From the NCBI GenBank assembly GCA_963674865.2, contig CAXXYE010000009.1, positions 672,001-736,000 of the forward strand: 64,000 nucleotides of DNA. The letters run 5' to 3'. The position numbers and the translations under genes were made by a program. Shown here in pieces: positions 47,954-58,467 of the stretch. The notes under the pieces were generated by a model. It was given only the letters and a program-made list of their open reading frames with translations, did not search any database and was not told where the DNA came from. The DNA is from Candidatus Hydrogenedentota bacterium (GTDB taxonomy: Bacteria; Hydrogenedentota; Hydrogenedentia; Hydrogenedentales; SLHB01). How positions within the stretch are numbered: the first letter of the stretch is position 1; every line of letters starts with the position of its first letter.

Positions 47954-49636
47954 ATGAGTTCGGTGCCTAACTTGCCGGGGGAGTCGGAAGCTCTTCCGAC
48001 CTTACCGCTTGTGATCGGCGTTACGGGCCACCGTGACATCCCGGATGCCGCACGCGCTCCGTTGCGCGCGGCAGTCGAAGATGAACTGGCCAGGCTACGC
48101 CGGCAGATGCCCAACACGCCGCTCATCTTACGATCAATGCTTGCGGAAGGGGCAGATTGGCTAGCCGTTCAGGCAGCGGCTGGAATGGGGATCCCTTTTG
48201 AAGTGGTCCTTCCCATGGCGCCTGAAGAATACGAGAAGGACTTTCAGGCAGCGCCCTCGCGCGAGCAATTCAGGGGGCTGCTGGCGCAGGCTCAGTATGT
48301 GCATGCCGCGCCCGCCGATGCCGAAGCGGAGGTCGGGCGCTCCGAGGACTACCGGGATTGCGGCAAGCGTATCGTCGGGCCGTGCCATGTGCTCTTGGCG
48401 TTGTGGGACGGCGTGGCAAACGGCCTCACCGGCGGGACGGCGGACATGGTGCGCTACAAGCGGGACATGTCCGAGGATGAGCCTAATTCCGAATGGGCTC
48501 CATTGATTCCCGGGCAAATCGTGCATATCACCACACCTAGAGCGAATGGGACTGGCGGCTCTGAGTATGGCGTCGAAACGCTGTACTCGCGGGGCATGAC
48601 GGCGCCCAAATGGCAAGACTTTACTCGGATGCTGGAGAGATACAACGCAGACATCCAGGTGCGCGGCGACGATTTTCAAGAGGCGTGGCGTCGGGAGAAA
48701 GACAAGCGCCGGGACTTGGTGCGGGCATCACAAGGCCTACTGCCGCTCTTGCGCAGATATCACGCCGCCGACCAACTCGCCATCAGCCTCAAGCGTGGCG
48801 TGGAGCGCGTGAATGCAGTCTACGTTGCATGTTGTCTTGTGCTGGGCGTCACGGGCGTTGTCTTCTTCAAAGTGAATCCGGCGGGCCAGGAACTTCTATT
48901 CCTGATCCCACTGTACGGACTGGTGTTCTTCACCGCATTGGGCGCATACCTGGCCGACAGATACCTTCAGATCAAGCGTCGTTTTGTCTTGGCGCGCAGT
49001 CTCGCGGAAATGCTAAGGGTGCGCTTCTTCTGGACGGCGGCCGGCATTCGGGCGCCTCGCCCGTCGCGGGCGCCGCCCAGCCAGATGGATCCTGACGAAT
49101 GGGACGCCTTGGCCGTGTCGGGAGCCCTTCCCTTGGCTTCCCCGCACCACGCCGTGTCGCTGGAGATGGTGATCCGCGACTGGGCGGAATACCAGCGAGA
49201 CTACTACCAGGCGAAACACGCCCAAGTTGCTGCCGTAAACACGCGACTCAATCATCTCGCCCGGATCTCATTTGTCGGATTCTTGTATGTGCCCCTTGCC
49301 GTCCTTGAGGTGCCCCTCAGCAAGAGCCTGCGTAGCTTGAGTGAAACGGGGGCATTGGCCTTTGAGATAGCGGTGGCGATGGTCGGGATCGCACTTGTCG
49401 CGTTCGGTACAATCAAGAGTTACATGATCTTATCCGGACTCGAAATTCAGCACCTGGACTACATGACGCAGGCCGAGCAGTTTCAGTGGGCGGCACAGGA
49501 AGCGAAAAAGCTGGCGAAGATCGGGCGTCTTGACGAGATCAAGCCGCTCTTGCTGCAGTTGGGCAATCGGGCGCTGGTCGAGCAGAGCCTCTGGGCGCAC
49601 GAGCAGGCAAAGGGCGAGATTATGCCGCCTCGCTAG
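47954..49636 (+). CDS. SLOG (YpsA-like) domain fused to tandem SLATT-like 2TM modules
   Basis: IGVTGHR, LAEGAD, VLPM....YEKDF, LLALWDG....GGTADMV (SLOG); ADQLA, RSLAEMLR, YQRDYY and two pairs of TM helices; RBS AGGAG. Confidence 0.85.
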   Translation: MSSVPNLPGESEALPTLPLVIGVTGHRDIPDAARAPLRAAVEDELARLRRQMPNTPLILRSMLAEGADWLAVQAAAGMGIPFEVVLPMAPEEYEKDFQAAPSREQFRGLLAQAQYVHAAPADAEAEVGRSEDYRDCGKRIVGPCHVLLALWDGVANGLTGGTADMVRYKRDMSEDEPNSEWAPLIPGQIVHITTPRANGTGGSEYGVETLYSRGMTAPKWQDFTRMLERYNADIQVRGDDFQEAWRREKDKRRDLVRASQGLLPLLRRYHAADQLAISLKRGVERVNAVYVACCLVLGVTGVVFFKVNPAGQELLFLIPLYGLVFFTALGAYLADRYLQIKRRFVLARSLAEMLRVRFFWTAAGIRAPRPSRAPPSQMDPDEWDALAVSGALPLASPHHAVSLEMVIRDWAEYQRDYYQAKHAQVAAVNTRLNHLARISFVGFLYVPLAVLEVPLSKSLRSLSETGALAFEIAVAMVGIALVAFGTIKSYMILSGLEIQHLDYMTQAEQFQWAAQEAKKLAKIGRLDEIKPLLLQLGNRALVEQSLWAHEQAKGEIMPPR

Positions 49637-49892
49637 CATCTATGCCGCAAGTCATTCCATTGACGGTAAACTAGACACTCCTATCCGCGCTCCAATTCAT
49701 TGGAAATGGAGACATTCTTGGAATGGCCGGCCTCACTTGCCTGGTGAGTCGCCTCCAGAAAACGACGTCACGTCCAACCGCCGTGTGCGCAGCACAGTCA
49801 GCCTATCCGGCGATTGCGGTTCAGCATTGTCCTGTAAGGCTTCGGGGAACTCATGGTAAGATGGCCGCCCAAAGAGGCCCGGAGGTCATACC

Positions 49893-50819
49893 ATGCAGAT
49901 GAAGCGTCGTGAATTCCTTGGGGCCGCGCTCGCCGGGACCGCCGCCATACTAACCTCCGGCAAGACGCCGCTCGCGGCTCCCGTGGACGTCAGTCCGACA
50001 GCGGTTGTGCCGCTGGGAAAGACTCTGAAGGCCTGCCGCATTTCCTGCGGCACGGGAATGTCCGGCGCCAATCGGCAGTCGAACCAGACGCGGCTAGGAC
50101 AAGAGGCTTTCGAGGCTTTGCTGCAGCATGCTTATGACCACGGCGTGCGACAGTTTGACATGGCCGATATGTACGGCACGCACGCCTACGTGGGCCGCGT
50201 GTTGAAGGGCAAGCCGCGCGAGGAGGTCCAACTGGTTACCAAGATATGGACACGGCCCGGCGGCGTCCCAGAGGAAGAGCGGCCGCTGGCGGATGTTCTG
50301 GTGGAACGCTTTCTCAAGGAGTTGCAAACCGACTACATCGACGTTGTGCAGATCCACTGCATGACTGCTGCCGATTGGAATGTGAGCGAGCGCCGACAGA
50401 TGGATGCCATGGCGAAACTCAAGGAGAAGGGCCTGATTCGTGCGCACGGCGTGTCCATTCATTCTCTTGACGCCATGCGCGCGGCAGCGGAAGAGCCGTG
50501 GGTGGACGTCATCCACGCCCGCGTCAATCCCTTCGGGCATCGTACGGATGGTCCGATGGCGGAGGTCCTCCCCGTTCTGCGAAAGGCCCACGCCAATGGC
50601 AAAGGCATCATCGGCATGAAATTGATCGGCGAAGGCACCTTTGATGCCGAGCAGCGCAATAAGACACTGAAGTTTGTGATGGGACTTGACTGTGTAGACT
50701 GCCTCACCGTCGGTTTCGAGAAGCCTGCGGAGATCGACGCGTTCCTGGCCGGCGTTCGCGCCGAACTGGCCGCCCGTGCAGAGGGCGAAGACACTGTCTC
50801 CGTTTTGCGCCAAGGGTAG
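49893..50819 (+). CDS. Aldo/keto reductase with Tat signal
   Basis: KRREFLG; FDMADMYG, ELQTDYIDVVQIH, GVSIHS and GMK. Confidence 0.9.
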   Translation: MQMKRREFLGAALAGTAAILTSGKTPLAAPVDVSPTAVVPLGKTLKACRISCGTGMSGANRQSNQTRLGQEAFEALLQHAYDHGVRQFDMADMYGTHAYVGRVLKGKPREEVQLVTKIWTRPGGVPEEERPLADVLVERFLKELQTDYIDVVQIHCMTAADWNVSERRQMDAMAKLKEKGLIRAHGVSIHSLDAMRAAAEEPWVDVIHARVNPFGHRTDGPMAEVLPVLRKAHANGKGIIGMKLIGEGTFDAEQRNKTLKFVMGLDCVDCLTVGFEKPAEIDAFLAGVRAELAARAEGEDTVSVLRQG

Positions 50820-50901
50820 GGAGTCGGTCCTCGTTGGACACTTGTGCCGGCCAAAGATTTGCGGTCCACAGAACGTGGACTCCCATCCGGCGTCAAACCG
50901 C

Positions 50902-51636
50902 CTAATGAGGGAACAAGGGTCCCTCGCAAGCATCCCCCGGCAGGTAGTGGCCGGTGAAGTTCCGGCCCCACCGGTACGACGGACGAAACGCCTCGGCCAT
51001 GGGGCACCCGGCCTGCAGGCCGCGGAACCGGGCGGGAATCTCAAGAAAGGCGTCGAGTTCGTAACCGAATATATCCATCATCCAGGACGCCTGGCTGGCG
51101 TGCTGCCGAACCATCTCGACTTTCTTGTCGAAAACCGGGGTGATGTCGACGTAGAGTTCAGGGACGAAGTTGACGCCGGCGGGGGTGTCCATGTAGTAGA
51201 CGTGCGGGATGACTTCAGTCGGGGGCGACGCGGTTTGGATGTTGGGGATCTTTGCCATGGAGACGCACTCGTCCACAAGCCGGCCTGAAATGGAGTGATC
51301 CGCGTTGTAGTCGTTGGTCCAATGACAGATGACCACCTCGGGCCTGGCCTGGCGCAACGCCTCAATGAACTGCAGTCGGGTGTCTCGCGAGTCGATCAGG
51401 AACTCGTCGTCGAAGTCGAGCCAGATCAATTCCGCGCCCACCAACTGTGCGCCTTTCCGGGCCTCCTCAAGGCGTACGGCGGCGATCTCCTCGGGGGGCA
51501 TCGTGGACGAACCGCAGTTGCCGTTGGTGGCGACGCAGAAGAATAGCCGATCGCCCCGCGCGGCGCAGCGGGCTGCCGTGCCGCCGGCAAAGGTCTCGAT
51601 GTCGTCGGGGTGGGCTCCAACAAACAGGATGTTCAT
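50902..51636 (-). CDS. PIG-L family deacetylase
   Basis: GAHPDDIE, ATNG, R..EA, D..ADH, VDIT and AEAF. Confidence 0.92.
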   Translation of the reverse strand: MNILFVGAHPDDIETFAGGTAARCAARGDRLFFCVATNGNCGSSTMPPEEIAAVRLEEARKGAQLVGAELIWLDFDDEFLIDSRDTRLQFIEALRQARPEVVICHWTNDYNADHSISGRLVDECVSMAKIPNIQTASPPTEVIPHVYYMDTPAGVNFVPELYVDITPVFDKKVEMVRQHASQASWMMDIFGYELDAFLEIPARFRGLQAGCPMAEAFRPSYRWGRNFTGHYLPGDACEGPLFPH

Positions 51637-51679
51637 GGCGATACTCCCGAGTGTCAGTGTGTCATGCTGAGTTTAGTAA

Positions 51680-51708
51680 CGTATAATGCGGCCGGCAAGA
51701 CATATCAA
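51680..51708 (-). promoter_or_regulatory. Putative sigma-70 promoter for the PIG-L gene
   Basis: TTGATA-N17-TATACG on the minus strand, 43 nt upstream of the ATG. Confidence 0.35.
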
Positions 51709-51901
51709 GACAAGACCAGCCGCAAGGCCGATACCGCCTCACATTCGGCGCGCCGGTCATCTGCGCCATTCTCTCAGGTTCCTCGCTGACTGGGGACGAG
51801 GGAGGCCCGGTTCAGATGATCTACACCGATGAAGATCACTGGCCCGTTAAGTCTCACTTCCCCGATACGAAATCGCCGGGGCGGCCGGCAGATGGCTTTG
51901 C

Positions 51902-53782
51902 TCATCCCTCATAGACGATCTGCTTCAGTGCGCCTGGGGGCGGGGGCAGACGGCGGCGGAGCCAGCATTCGCCGATAGGGTCGAAGCGGCCGTACAGTTC
52001 TTTGCCGCCAACGCGGAAAGCCAACTCGCGGGGGCCGCCCTGCACGGCCATTTCCCAGCAGTCGTTCAGCGAGGATGCCTTCATTTCCTGCACAAAAGCG
52101 GCAAGCGCGTCCTCACCGGGGGCATAGCGTAGTTCGAGGCCCATGCTGCCGCCGTACCGGCGATGGGTTCGTTCGGGAAGATCGCGCTCCTCTCTCCAAG
52201 ATGCTAGCCGTAGTCCCACGAGCAGCCAATCGTTTGCTTCCTCGATGATGAGTTCGGGGTTGGTCAAGGCCGGGTCGCAAGCATCGAAACGCATGCCAAG
52301 CGCGACGTTTCCGCTGCGGATCACTACGCTTTCGCTAGGATTGGTCCTTTGCCCATTGTAGGCGGCGCCATCCACGAAGATTCCGTCGATGGTGTCGAGG
52401 CGAGGCAGGACGGCGAACATTTCCAAGGAGCGCACGGCCCAACGCTCTTGTCCCTTGGGAACATAGGCCACCAGGGCGGTCGGGCCCGATTGCAGCGCGA
52501 AGGGCCGGCCGTCGTCGCCCCAGAGACACGGGCCGATGCGCATGGTTGCGCCGCGATGATGATTGCGGTAAACGTGCTCGGAGTCGCCGGGGCGCTTGTT
52601 GTTGATGATGAAATGGGTGAAGGCTTGGCCGAGGTCTTTAAGCTTCTCAACTCGCTTGCCCGTCCGCGTCCACTGCGCCAAGTACGTCGCGTTCTGTAGT
52701 CCGTGGAGATGGCTGCGGGACGCGGTGCCCACCGCCAGGTTCTCGTCGAGCCATGTCGTCAGTTCAGCAATGTCGCCGGGCACGTAGGACAAATGCTCGT
52801 CATCTCCCAATTCGACACAGGCTTGTTCGGCGGAAGAAATCACCGTCAAAGGATAGGACTTCTCCAGGGCAATGCCGTCGAAATCCGCAGGTGTGTCCAG
52901 CAGCATCAGCGCAAACACGCCGGCATGGAGGTGGCAATGGCTCATTTCGCAAGGATAGGCGACCTCGGGGCAGTACAAGGCGTCCCACACGAGGTGGAGC
53001 ATCAATGGCGCGAGTCCGGAGCCGCCGACGAAGTTGTCCAGATACGCCCGGCCCCACGGCCCGGTGAAGCTCAGCAGCCGGGGATGATAGCGCCAGGCCA
53101 TTTCTTGCCACAGATGGCGGGACAGCTTCTCCGCGAGGCCGGCAGTCCTCGGCTCGCCGAGCAACTGAATAACATGGAGGTACGATAGGGTTACGGGATG
53201 ATAAGCGGGGCTGTTGAATTCGGGGATCGTCCCGTGCGCGGTAACCAGATCAACAAGCTTCTCAAGCGCGGCAGCCCCGGCCTCGACAAGCTCGGGTTTG
53301 TCGAACAGCACGCCTTGGGCAATGCGGATAGTCCAGTTCATGAGGGGGATGTTGGTGTTGCGGCCGCCGATAATATCTTCGCCGTCCTCTGTGTCGAGTT
53401 CTGCAATTGCCGACAACAGGAGGGCTTTCGTTTCCTCGTCGAGAACACGGCCCATCTTCTTGAGCATGAGCAGGTGCACACACACGCTCGGCGGACAGGC
53501 CATCACCTCCTCTCGGCGCAGCAAAGCCTTGGCGCGTTCCGCATCGCCGGGACCGCCCCGGAGGAGGTAGTTCAGAGCGCAGCGCATCGTCCCATGGGCA
53601 TACGGCTGGTTTTGCAATTCATGGATGAAGTCGCCGGTATCCTTGTCGCACCGGCGTTCGGCGCATTCCCAGGCCCAATCCAGGGCTCGCTTCGCGGCAG
53701 GGGACAGCTCGGGCGGGCTTCCTTCTTCCGGGAAACGGATAATGGATGCTCTTGGATACGCTTCTACATTCACGGGACTCAT
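51902..53782 (-). CDS. Hypothetical protein (alpha-toroid N half, possibly lyase-like)
   Basis: Long ORF; NTNIPLM, EFNSPAY and GPWGRAY motifs; likely start MSPVNVE at 53782. Confidence 0.7.
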   Translation of the reverse strand: MSPVNVEAYPRASIIRFPEEGSPPELSPAAKRALDWAWECAERRCDKDTGDFIHELQNQPYAHGTMRCALNYLLRGGPGDAERAKALLRREEVMACPPSVCVHLLMLKKMGRVLDEETKALLLSAIAELDTEDGEDIIGGRNTNIPLMNWTIRIAQGVLFDKPELVEAGAAALEKLVDLVTAHGTIPEFNSPAYHPVTLSYLHVIQLLGEPRTAGLAEKLSRHLWQEMAWRYHPRLLSFTGPWGRAYLDNFVGGSGLAPLMLHLVWDALYCPEVAYPCEMSHCHLHAGVFALMLLDTPADFDGIALEKSYPLTVISSAEQACVELGDDEHLSYVPGDIAELTTWLDENLAVGTASRSHLHGLQNATYLAQWTRTGKRVEKLKDLGQAFTHFIINNKRPGDSEHVYRNHHRGATMRIGPCLWGDDGRPFALQSGPTALVAYVPKGQERWAVRSLEMFAVLPRLDTIDGIFVDGAAYNGQRTNPSESVVIRSGNVALGMRFDACDPALTNPELIIEEANDWLLVGLRLASWREERDLPERTHRRYGGSMGLELRYAPGEDALAAFVQEMKASSLNDCWEMAVQGGPRELAFRVGGKELYGRFDPIGECWLRRRLPPPPGALKQIVYEG

Positions 53783-54157
53783 CGAGGGTCCTTCCGGGGT
53801 TGCAGGCAAGTCTACAGATCGTCTACGGACTGCATGGTACGCCGGGCCTACGTGTTTCCACGGTTGTGGCCGACACTTCATACATGAACCGGCGCTCGGC
53901 ATCACGAGCCGACTTTCATCATAGCAGAGGTTAGACGTTGAGTTCTCAACGCGGGTATCTCCCCGGGGGCAGGATTGCCAACCGCGCCGTGACTAGCACC
54001 GCAACGGCAATAGGCGCTTTGCTGGCTGCCTGATATGGGGGCGCCACAAGGACGCCGCGCTCGAACAAGAGCTTCCTGCCGGAACACGCACTTGAAGTCT
54101 AGACACCTTCAAGAGTAATCATGACTCTGGCTGAAATGGGTTCCTGGAGCGATCGAG

Positions 54158-55342
54158 ATGAGTCAAGAGACTCTGACGCTTAACCACGCCGCGCGACGAC
54201 CTGAATGCGGGTGGCTCTGGATCGCTGTGGCGGCCGCGATCCTTATCGCGAGCTTCGCCTTGCCGACTCTCCCGTTTATGGAAGATGGGATTGGTTGGCG
54301 AGTCTTCGCACGCGTCTTCTCCGCGGTATTCTCTCTTGTCGGGCTTGGCGTCCTACTGATCCGCCAGGGCACGTGCGTGGACGGGCGGAATGGCGCCGTT
54401 CGGTATTGGCATGGTTTGCTTCCCTTTCTCCCCACACGTACCGTGCGTTTCAATGAGATCAAGGAAGTGCAGATGAGAAAGCTCGTGCTGCCTTCGCGGC
54501 ATGGCCGCTCGCACGTGTTCTATTCGGCCATCCTGGTCGGGCCCGAGCCGCACATCTTGGTAACGACGGAGAAAGACTATGCCGCCGCGCGGGCGGCGGC
54601 GGAGCAGGCTGCCGCGATAATCGGGATCCCATTGCGTGATCAGGCGATTGCGCCCGTCTACCGCGAGGACGGCACGGCGGTCGAAACGCGTCCGCCTGAG
54701 GCGCTCGACGCATCGCTGCATCAGCAGGCCGCTGTGTCGGGCGAGGCGCCGCCGTTTCCCATGCAGCCGGGCGACTGCCGGATTCGTGTCCACCGGGAGC
54801 CGGGCAGCTACGTCTTCCAAATGCCTGTCCTCCACCGCTCGCTCACGATGGCGCTCATTGTGGCAGCCTTTTCACTGGCGATTGCGGGAGGCCTCGCACT
54901 GATGGTCGTGCACAAAACACAATCCGATGATCCCATTGAGACACGCGTCTTCTTCTGGGCCGTTCCTGTCGCCATCGCGGTGATCGGGCCTGCCTTCGCC
55001 ATAGGGCGCGGGCTCAACAGGCGCCGACAGTGCGAAACCATCGTAGTCACAAAGCTGGCCTTGTCGCGGGAAGTACGCCAGGGCTGGACGCAGCGCACGG
55101 ATGAAGTGCCCATCGAACTCATCGAAGAATTCGGCTATACGCCGATGGCGGCGGCCTGGGCGAGGTCGTCGGACGTGGGTAGGCGGGAGAATTCACCCAT
55201 GCCGAGCGCGGCGATCTCGGCTGGCACAGATTTCAAGCCGATGTACCTGGGCCAAGGCCTCCGCCGTTCGGAGCAGATTTGGCTACACGACGTGCTCCGG
55301 TATTTGCTGGTGCAAGCGGGAAATTGCAGTGGGAAGGCGTGA
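54158..55342 (+). CDS. Hypothetical membrane protein with two [2TM plus PH-like] modules
   Basis: Four hydrophobic helices in two pairs, each followed by a beta-rich soluble segment. Confidence 0.7.
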   Translation: MSQETLTLNHAARRPECGWLWIAVAAAILIASFALPTLPFMEDGIGWRVFARVFSAVFSLVGLGVLLIRQGTCVDGRNGAVRYWHGLLPFLPTRTVRFNEIKEVQMRKLVLPSRHGRSHVFYSAILVGPEPHILVTTEKDYAAARAAAEQAAAIIGIPLRDQAIAPVYREDGTAVETRPPEALDASLHQQAAVSGEAPPFPMQPGDCRIRVHREPGSYVFQMPVLHRSLTMALIVAAFSLAIAGGLALMVVHKTQSDDPIETRVFFWAVPVAIAVIGPAFAIGRGLNRRRQCETIVVTKLALSREVRQGWTQRTDEVPIELIEEFGYTPMAAAWARSSDVGRRENSPMPSAAISAGTDFKPMYLGQGLRRSEQIWLHDVLRYLLVQAGNCSGKA

Positions 55343-55761
55343 GTCCTGCCGGAAAGACGCGCGCCATAGCGTCGCCCCATCCTTTGGTCTTTCGCGCGCA
55401 TTACTCCGCTCCGCTGAAGCCTCCTTGCGCCCTGCATAATGCGTGTGCGTGTGGAGCGGGCCAACTCCGCCGCGTACTGTGTATCGCCTGTCGCCGTTCA
55501 TACGCACGGACGTGCGGCCAGGGGGGGATGCGTGGGCCCACGAAGGCCCGCGCCCTCGATGACGCATATCACATACGTCCCATTTTGAGCCGGCCGTAAG
55601 TGCGTTGTGCCGTGTGCGCCTCCTCCTTTGCTATCCCCGGCGCTCAGGTTGAGATCCGGCTCTCGATCCTGTTAGAAGGCATCACTTTATTGCTCGAATT
55701 GGGCGTTATTGCTTGCGTTCCTATTCCGGTTCGCAGCATGCCAACGAGGAGAGGGGGGAGG

Positions 55762-58398
55762 ATGACAACTTCCGGGTTCTGTCCCAAAACAGCCACTTGG
55801 CAGATCGCTTGGCCGGGACGCGTGGCCCGACACGACCTTGTGTACTTGACGCCCCCCTGCGATCCAATGCAGGGCCTACCTCTCGGCAACGGCGATATCG
55901 GCGTCCTCTGTTGGTGCGAAGATACAAAGCTGGTCTTTGCCGTTAACAAGTGCGACCACTGGGGCGATGCTTCTTTTGGGCGGTTCAACAACTGGAAACC
56001 GGAGGAGGAGGAGTACAGCACAACGCTGCGGCACGCCTGCCGCTTGTACATCGATTTCCTGGCGCCCGTTTTCGACGTTTTCTATCTGTCCGATTTTCGG
56101 GGCCGTCTGAGCCTGGCGGACGCCTCCATAACGATCACCGCGTCCACGCCCTTTGGCGACGTGTCTGCCCGCGTCTTTCTAGACCACGATACGGGAGTCA
56201 TGTGTTGCGAAGTAACGAGTGCGCTCGAAGAGAGCATTCCCGTACACGTGACGCTGGAACGGTATGGTTCGAGGACGTTTTCTCACTGGTATTCCCTCGT
56301 GAACCGTGATGCCGCGATCGGACTCAAAGGCACGGAAACCGTTGTGGACGACAATGGCGCTTTCATAACTCACAAGCTCACCAGCGGCACATTCGCGGCC
56401 GGCTGTTGTGTGACAGGTAAGGGCGCCGCTGACACAACATTCTCTCGTGTCCATTCCCGCTCGGCGCGCGCCGTCGTCACCGGGAACCGGACAAAGACGT
56501 TACATGTGCTGCTGGCGGTTACTTCACCCTTGGCGGAAAGCCCGGTTCGCCATGCAGAAGAAATGTTGGCGTCGGCCCGGGAGAAGGGGATGCCTGCGCT
56601 TTACACAGCCCACGCGGAGGCCTGGAAGACGTTCTGGCAGCGTTCGCTGATGGCATCGGGCGATGATTACCTGGATAACCTGTGGCACCTGACGATGTAC
56701 TATGCCTACGCCTCCCAGCGGGGGGCATATCCCGGGCGGTTCATCGGCGGTTTATGGGGTTGGAACCGGGATGTTCAGCCATGGAACTTCTATTTCCACT
56801 GGAACCAGCAACAGATCTACTGGCCCTTGAACGCTGCAGGCCACCACGAACTCATGGACTCGTACCTCGCGTACCGGTTCCGTGCTCTGCCTCACGGTCA
56901 ACTGGATGCTCGGGAAGTGCTCGATGCAGACGGCACCATCGTATCGGACGTCTGTGAACGGCGCGGCTACAATTCGACAACACTTGCTAACCATACGCCT
57001 GTGGCCCAGATCGCCATGGAGTTCTGGCGCCAGTACCAGTTTACGGGCGACCGCGAATTCCTAAGAACCAGGGCGTTGCCATACATCGTCGAGGCGGCGA
57101 AGTTCTTCGAGTCCCTGTTTGAGCGGGCCCAGGACGGCAACTTTCATGCGAAGGGGGGGCTGGGATACGAAGGAAGAACTGTGCTGCGCGATGTGGTTAG
57201 CGAGATGGCGAGTGGGCGGGTGCTCTTTGAGACGGCACTGGCAGCCCTCGCCGAAGTGGGCGCGAACGAGCCACGGGCACGCGCCTGGAGAAGCATACTC
57301 GACGATTTCGCGCCGCTTCTCATCACTAAGGCAGGAACGGAGATGATTGCCAACGAGGACGGGAAATGGGTCCTCAAGCGCGGCCTGTTCAGGGGGGCGG
57401 ATACCTTCTCAGATGACATTTTCGCTGCTGGGTTTGGCATTGAGGAGCAGTGCGTTCTGACTTCTTTTCTGCCCCACAACGAACCAGCCAAGAAGACGGG
57501 CGTGCCCGCGAAATTTGTCCTGGCCCTGGAGCAGAATAGACCTCCTGAAGGAGAGATCCCACAGAGGTGGCGGGGGCGCGAAGGGATCTTCCCGTGGGTG
57601 GAGTTTGCACCTGTGTTCCCGTCGGGCCTCATCGGGCTCGGACAGCGCGGCACAAAGGCATTCAGGATGGCGGTCAACACGGCTAGAGCCTACGGCTACG
57701 CCGGGATGGGGTGGAATCCCCTGCCCATCGTGCTAGCGAGGCTGGGGCTCTCCGACGAACTCGAGCGAACCTTGGCTTTGTGGCCTGGACATTGGCAGTT
57801 CTACTGCAACGGGTTTGGCCACTACGGCCCGCGCGATACCATGAAGGCCGACGGGGCCTTGCGCTTCAGAACGACCCGCGTCAGAGACGCGAACCTACCT
57901 TCGGCGGCACGCGAAACCAACCTCTTCCCGTTTCCTGCTTGGCCGTTTCGCCACATGGGCATGGAATCCATGTCCGTGCTCGCATGCGCCATGAACGAGG
58001 CGCTGCTCCAGAGTCATGACGGCGTGATTCGTATCGCCCCGGCTGCGGGGAAGCGGGACGCGCGATTTACCCTGCATGCGGCGGGCGGGTTCATCGTGTC
58101 CGCGGAGTTGGCGCGTGGGGAAGTGCGCTGGGTGTGTATTCTCAGTCGCCTCGGAAGCGGCTGCCGTTTTGAGAATCCGTGGGCGAGAGCGTGGTTGTTC
58201 ACGAACGACGCCCCCCCTCTCTGCGCGGAAGGAGAGATCTTGGAACTGCGGACGAAGAAGGGAGAGGTGACCATGATCGTACCTAGCCGGGAGGCGATGG
58301 AGGAGTGGAAGACCTCTCCGATAGCGTGCGAAGCGAATCAGGCAAGCAAGACCCATTCGAGCGGAGAGGCATCCCTGGGACTTCCTCGACTCTTCTGA
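55762..58398 (+). CDS. GH95-like (alpha/alpha)6 glycoside hydrolase
   Basis: LPLGNGDIG, HAEAWKTFW, WNQQQIYW, EALLQSHDGVIRIAPA and FTLHAAGGFIVSA; ATG at 55762 after GGAGG. Confidence 0.75.
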   Translation: MTTSGFCPKTATWQIAWPGRVARHDLVYLTPPCDPMQGLPLGNGDIGVLCWCEDTKLVFAVNKCDHWGDASFGRFNNWKPEEEEYSTTLRHACRLYIDFLAPVFDVFYLSDFRGRLSLADASITITASTPFGDVSARVFLDHDTGVMCCEVTSALEESIPVHVTLERYGSRTFSHWYSLVNRDAAIGLKGTETVVDDNGAFITHKLTSGTFAAGCCVTGKGAADTTFSRVHSRSARAVVTGNRTKTLHVLLAVTSPLAESPVRHAEEMLASAREKGMPALYTAHAEAWKTFWQRSLMASGDDYLDNLWHLTMYYAYASQRGAYPGRFIGGLWGWNRDVQPWNFYFHWNQQQIYWPLNAAGHHELMDSYLAYRFRALPHGQLDAREVLDADGTIVSDVCERRGYNSTTLANHTPVAQIAMEFWRQYQFTGDREFLRTRALPYIVEAAKFFESLFERAQDGNFHAKGGLGYEGRTVLRDVVSEMASGRVLFETALAALAEVGANEPRARAWRSILDDFAPLLITKAGTEMIANEDGKWVLKRGLFRGADTFSDDIFAAGFGIEEQCVLTSFLPHNEPAKKTGVPAKFVLALEQNRPPEGEIPQRWRGREGIFPWVEFAPVFPSGLIGLGQRGTKAFRMAVNTARAYGYAGMGWNPLPIVLARLGLSDELERTLALWPGHWQFYCNGFGHYGPRDTMKADGALRFRTTRVRDANLPSAARETNLFPFPAWPFRHMGMESMSVLACAMNEALLQSHDGVIRIAPAAGKRDARFTLHAAGGFIVSAELARGEVRWVCILSRLGSGCRFENPWARAWLFTNDAPPLCAEGEILELRTKKGEVTMIVPSREAMEEWKTSPIACEANQASKTHSSGEASLGLPRLF

Positions 58399-58467
58399 CG
58401 GGGGCTCCGCGCAATACGGGCGTGGTTGGGACACAGCGCTCCAGGCTCTATCAGAAAGGACGACCGG

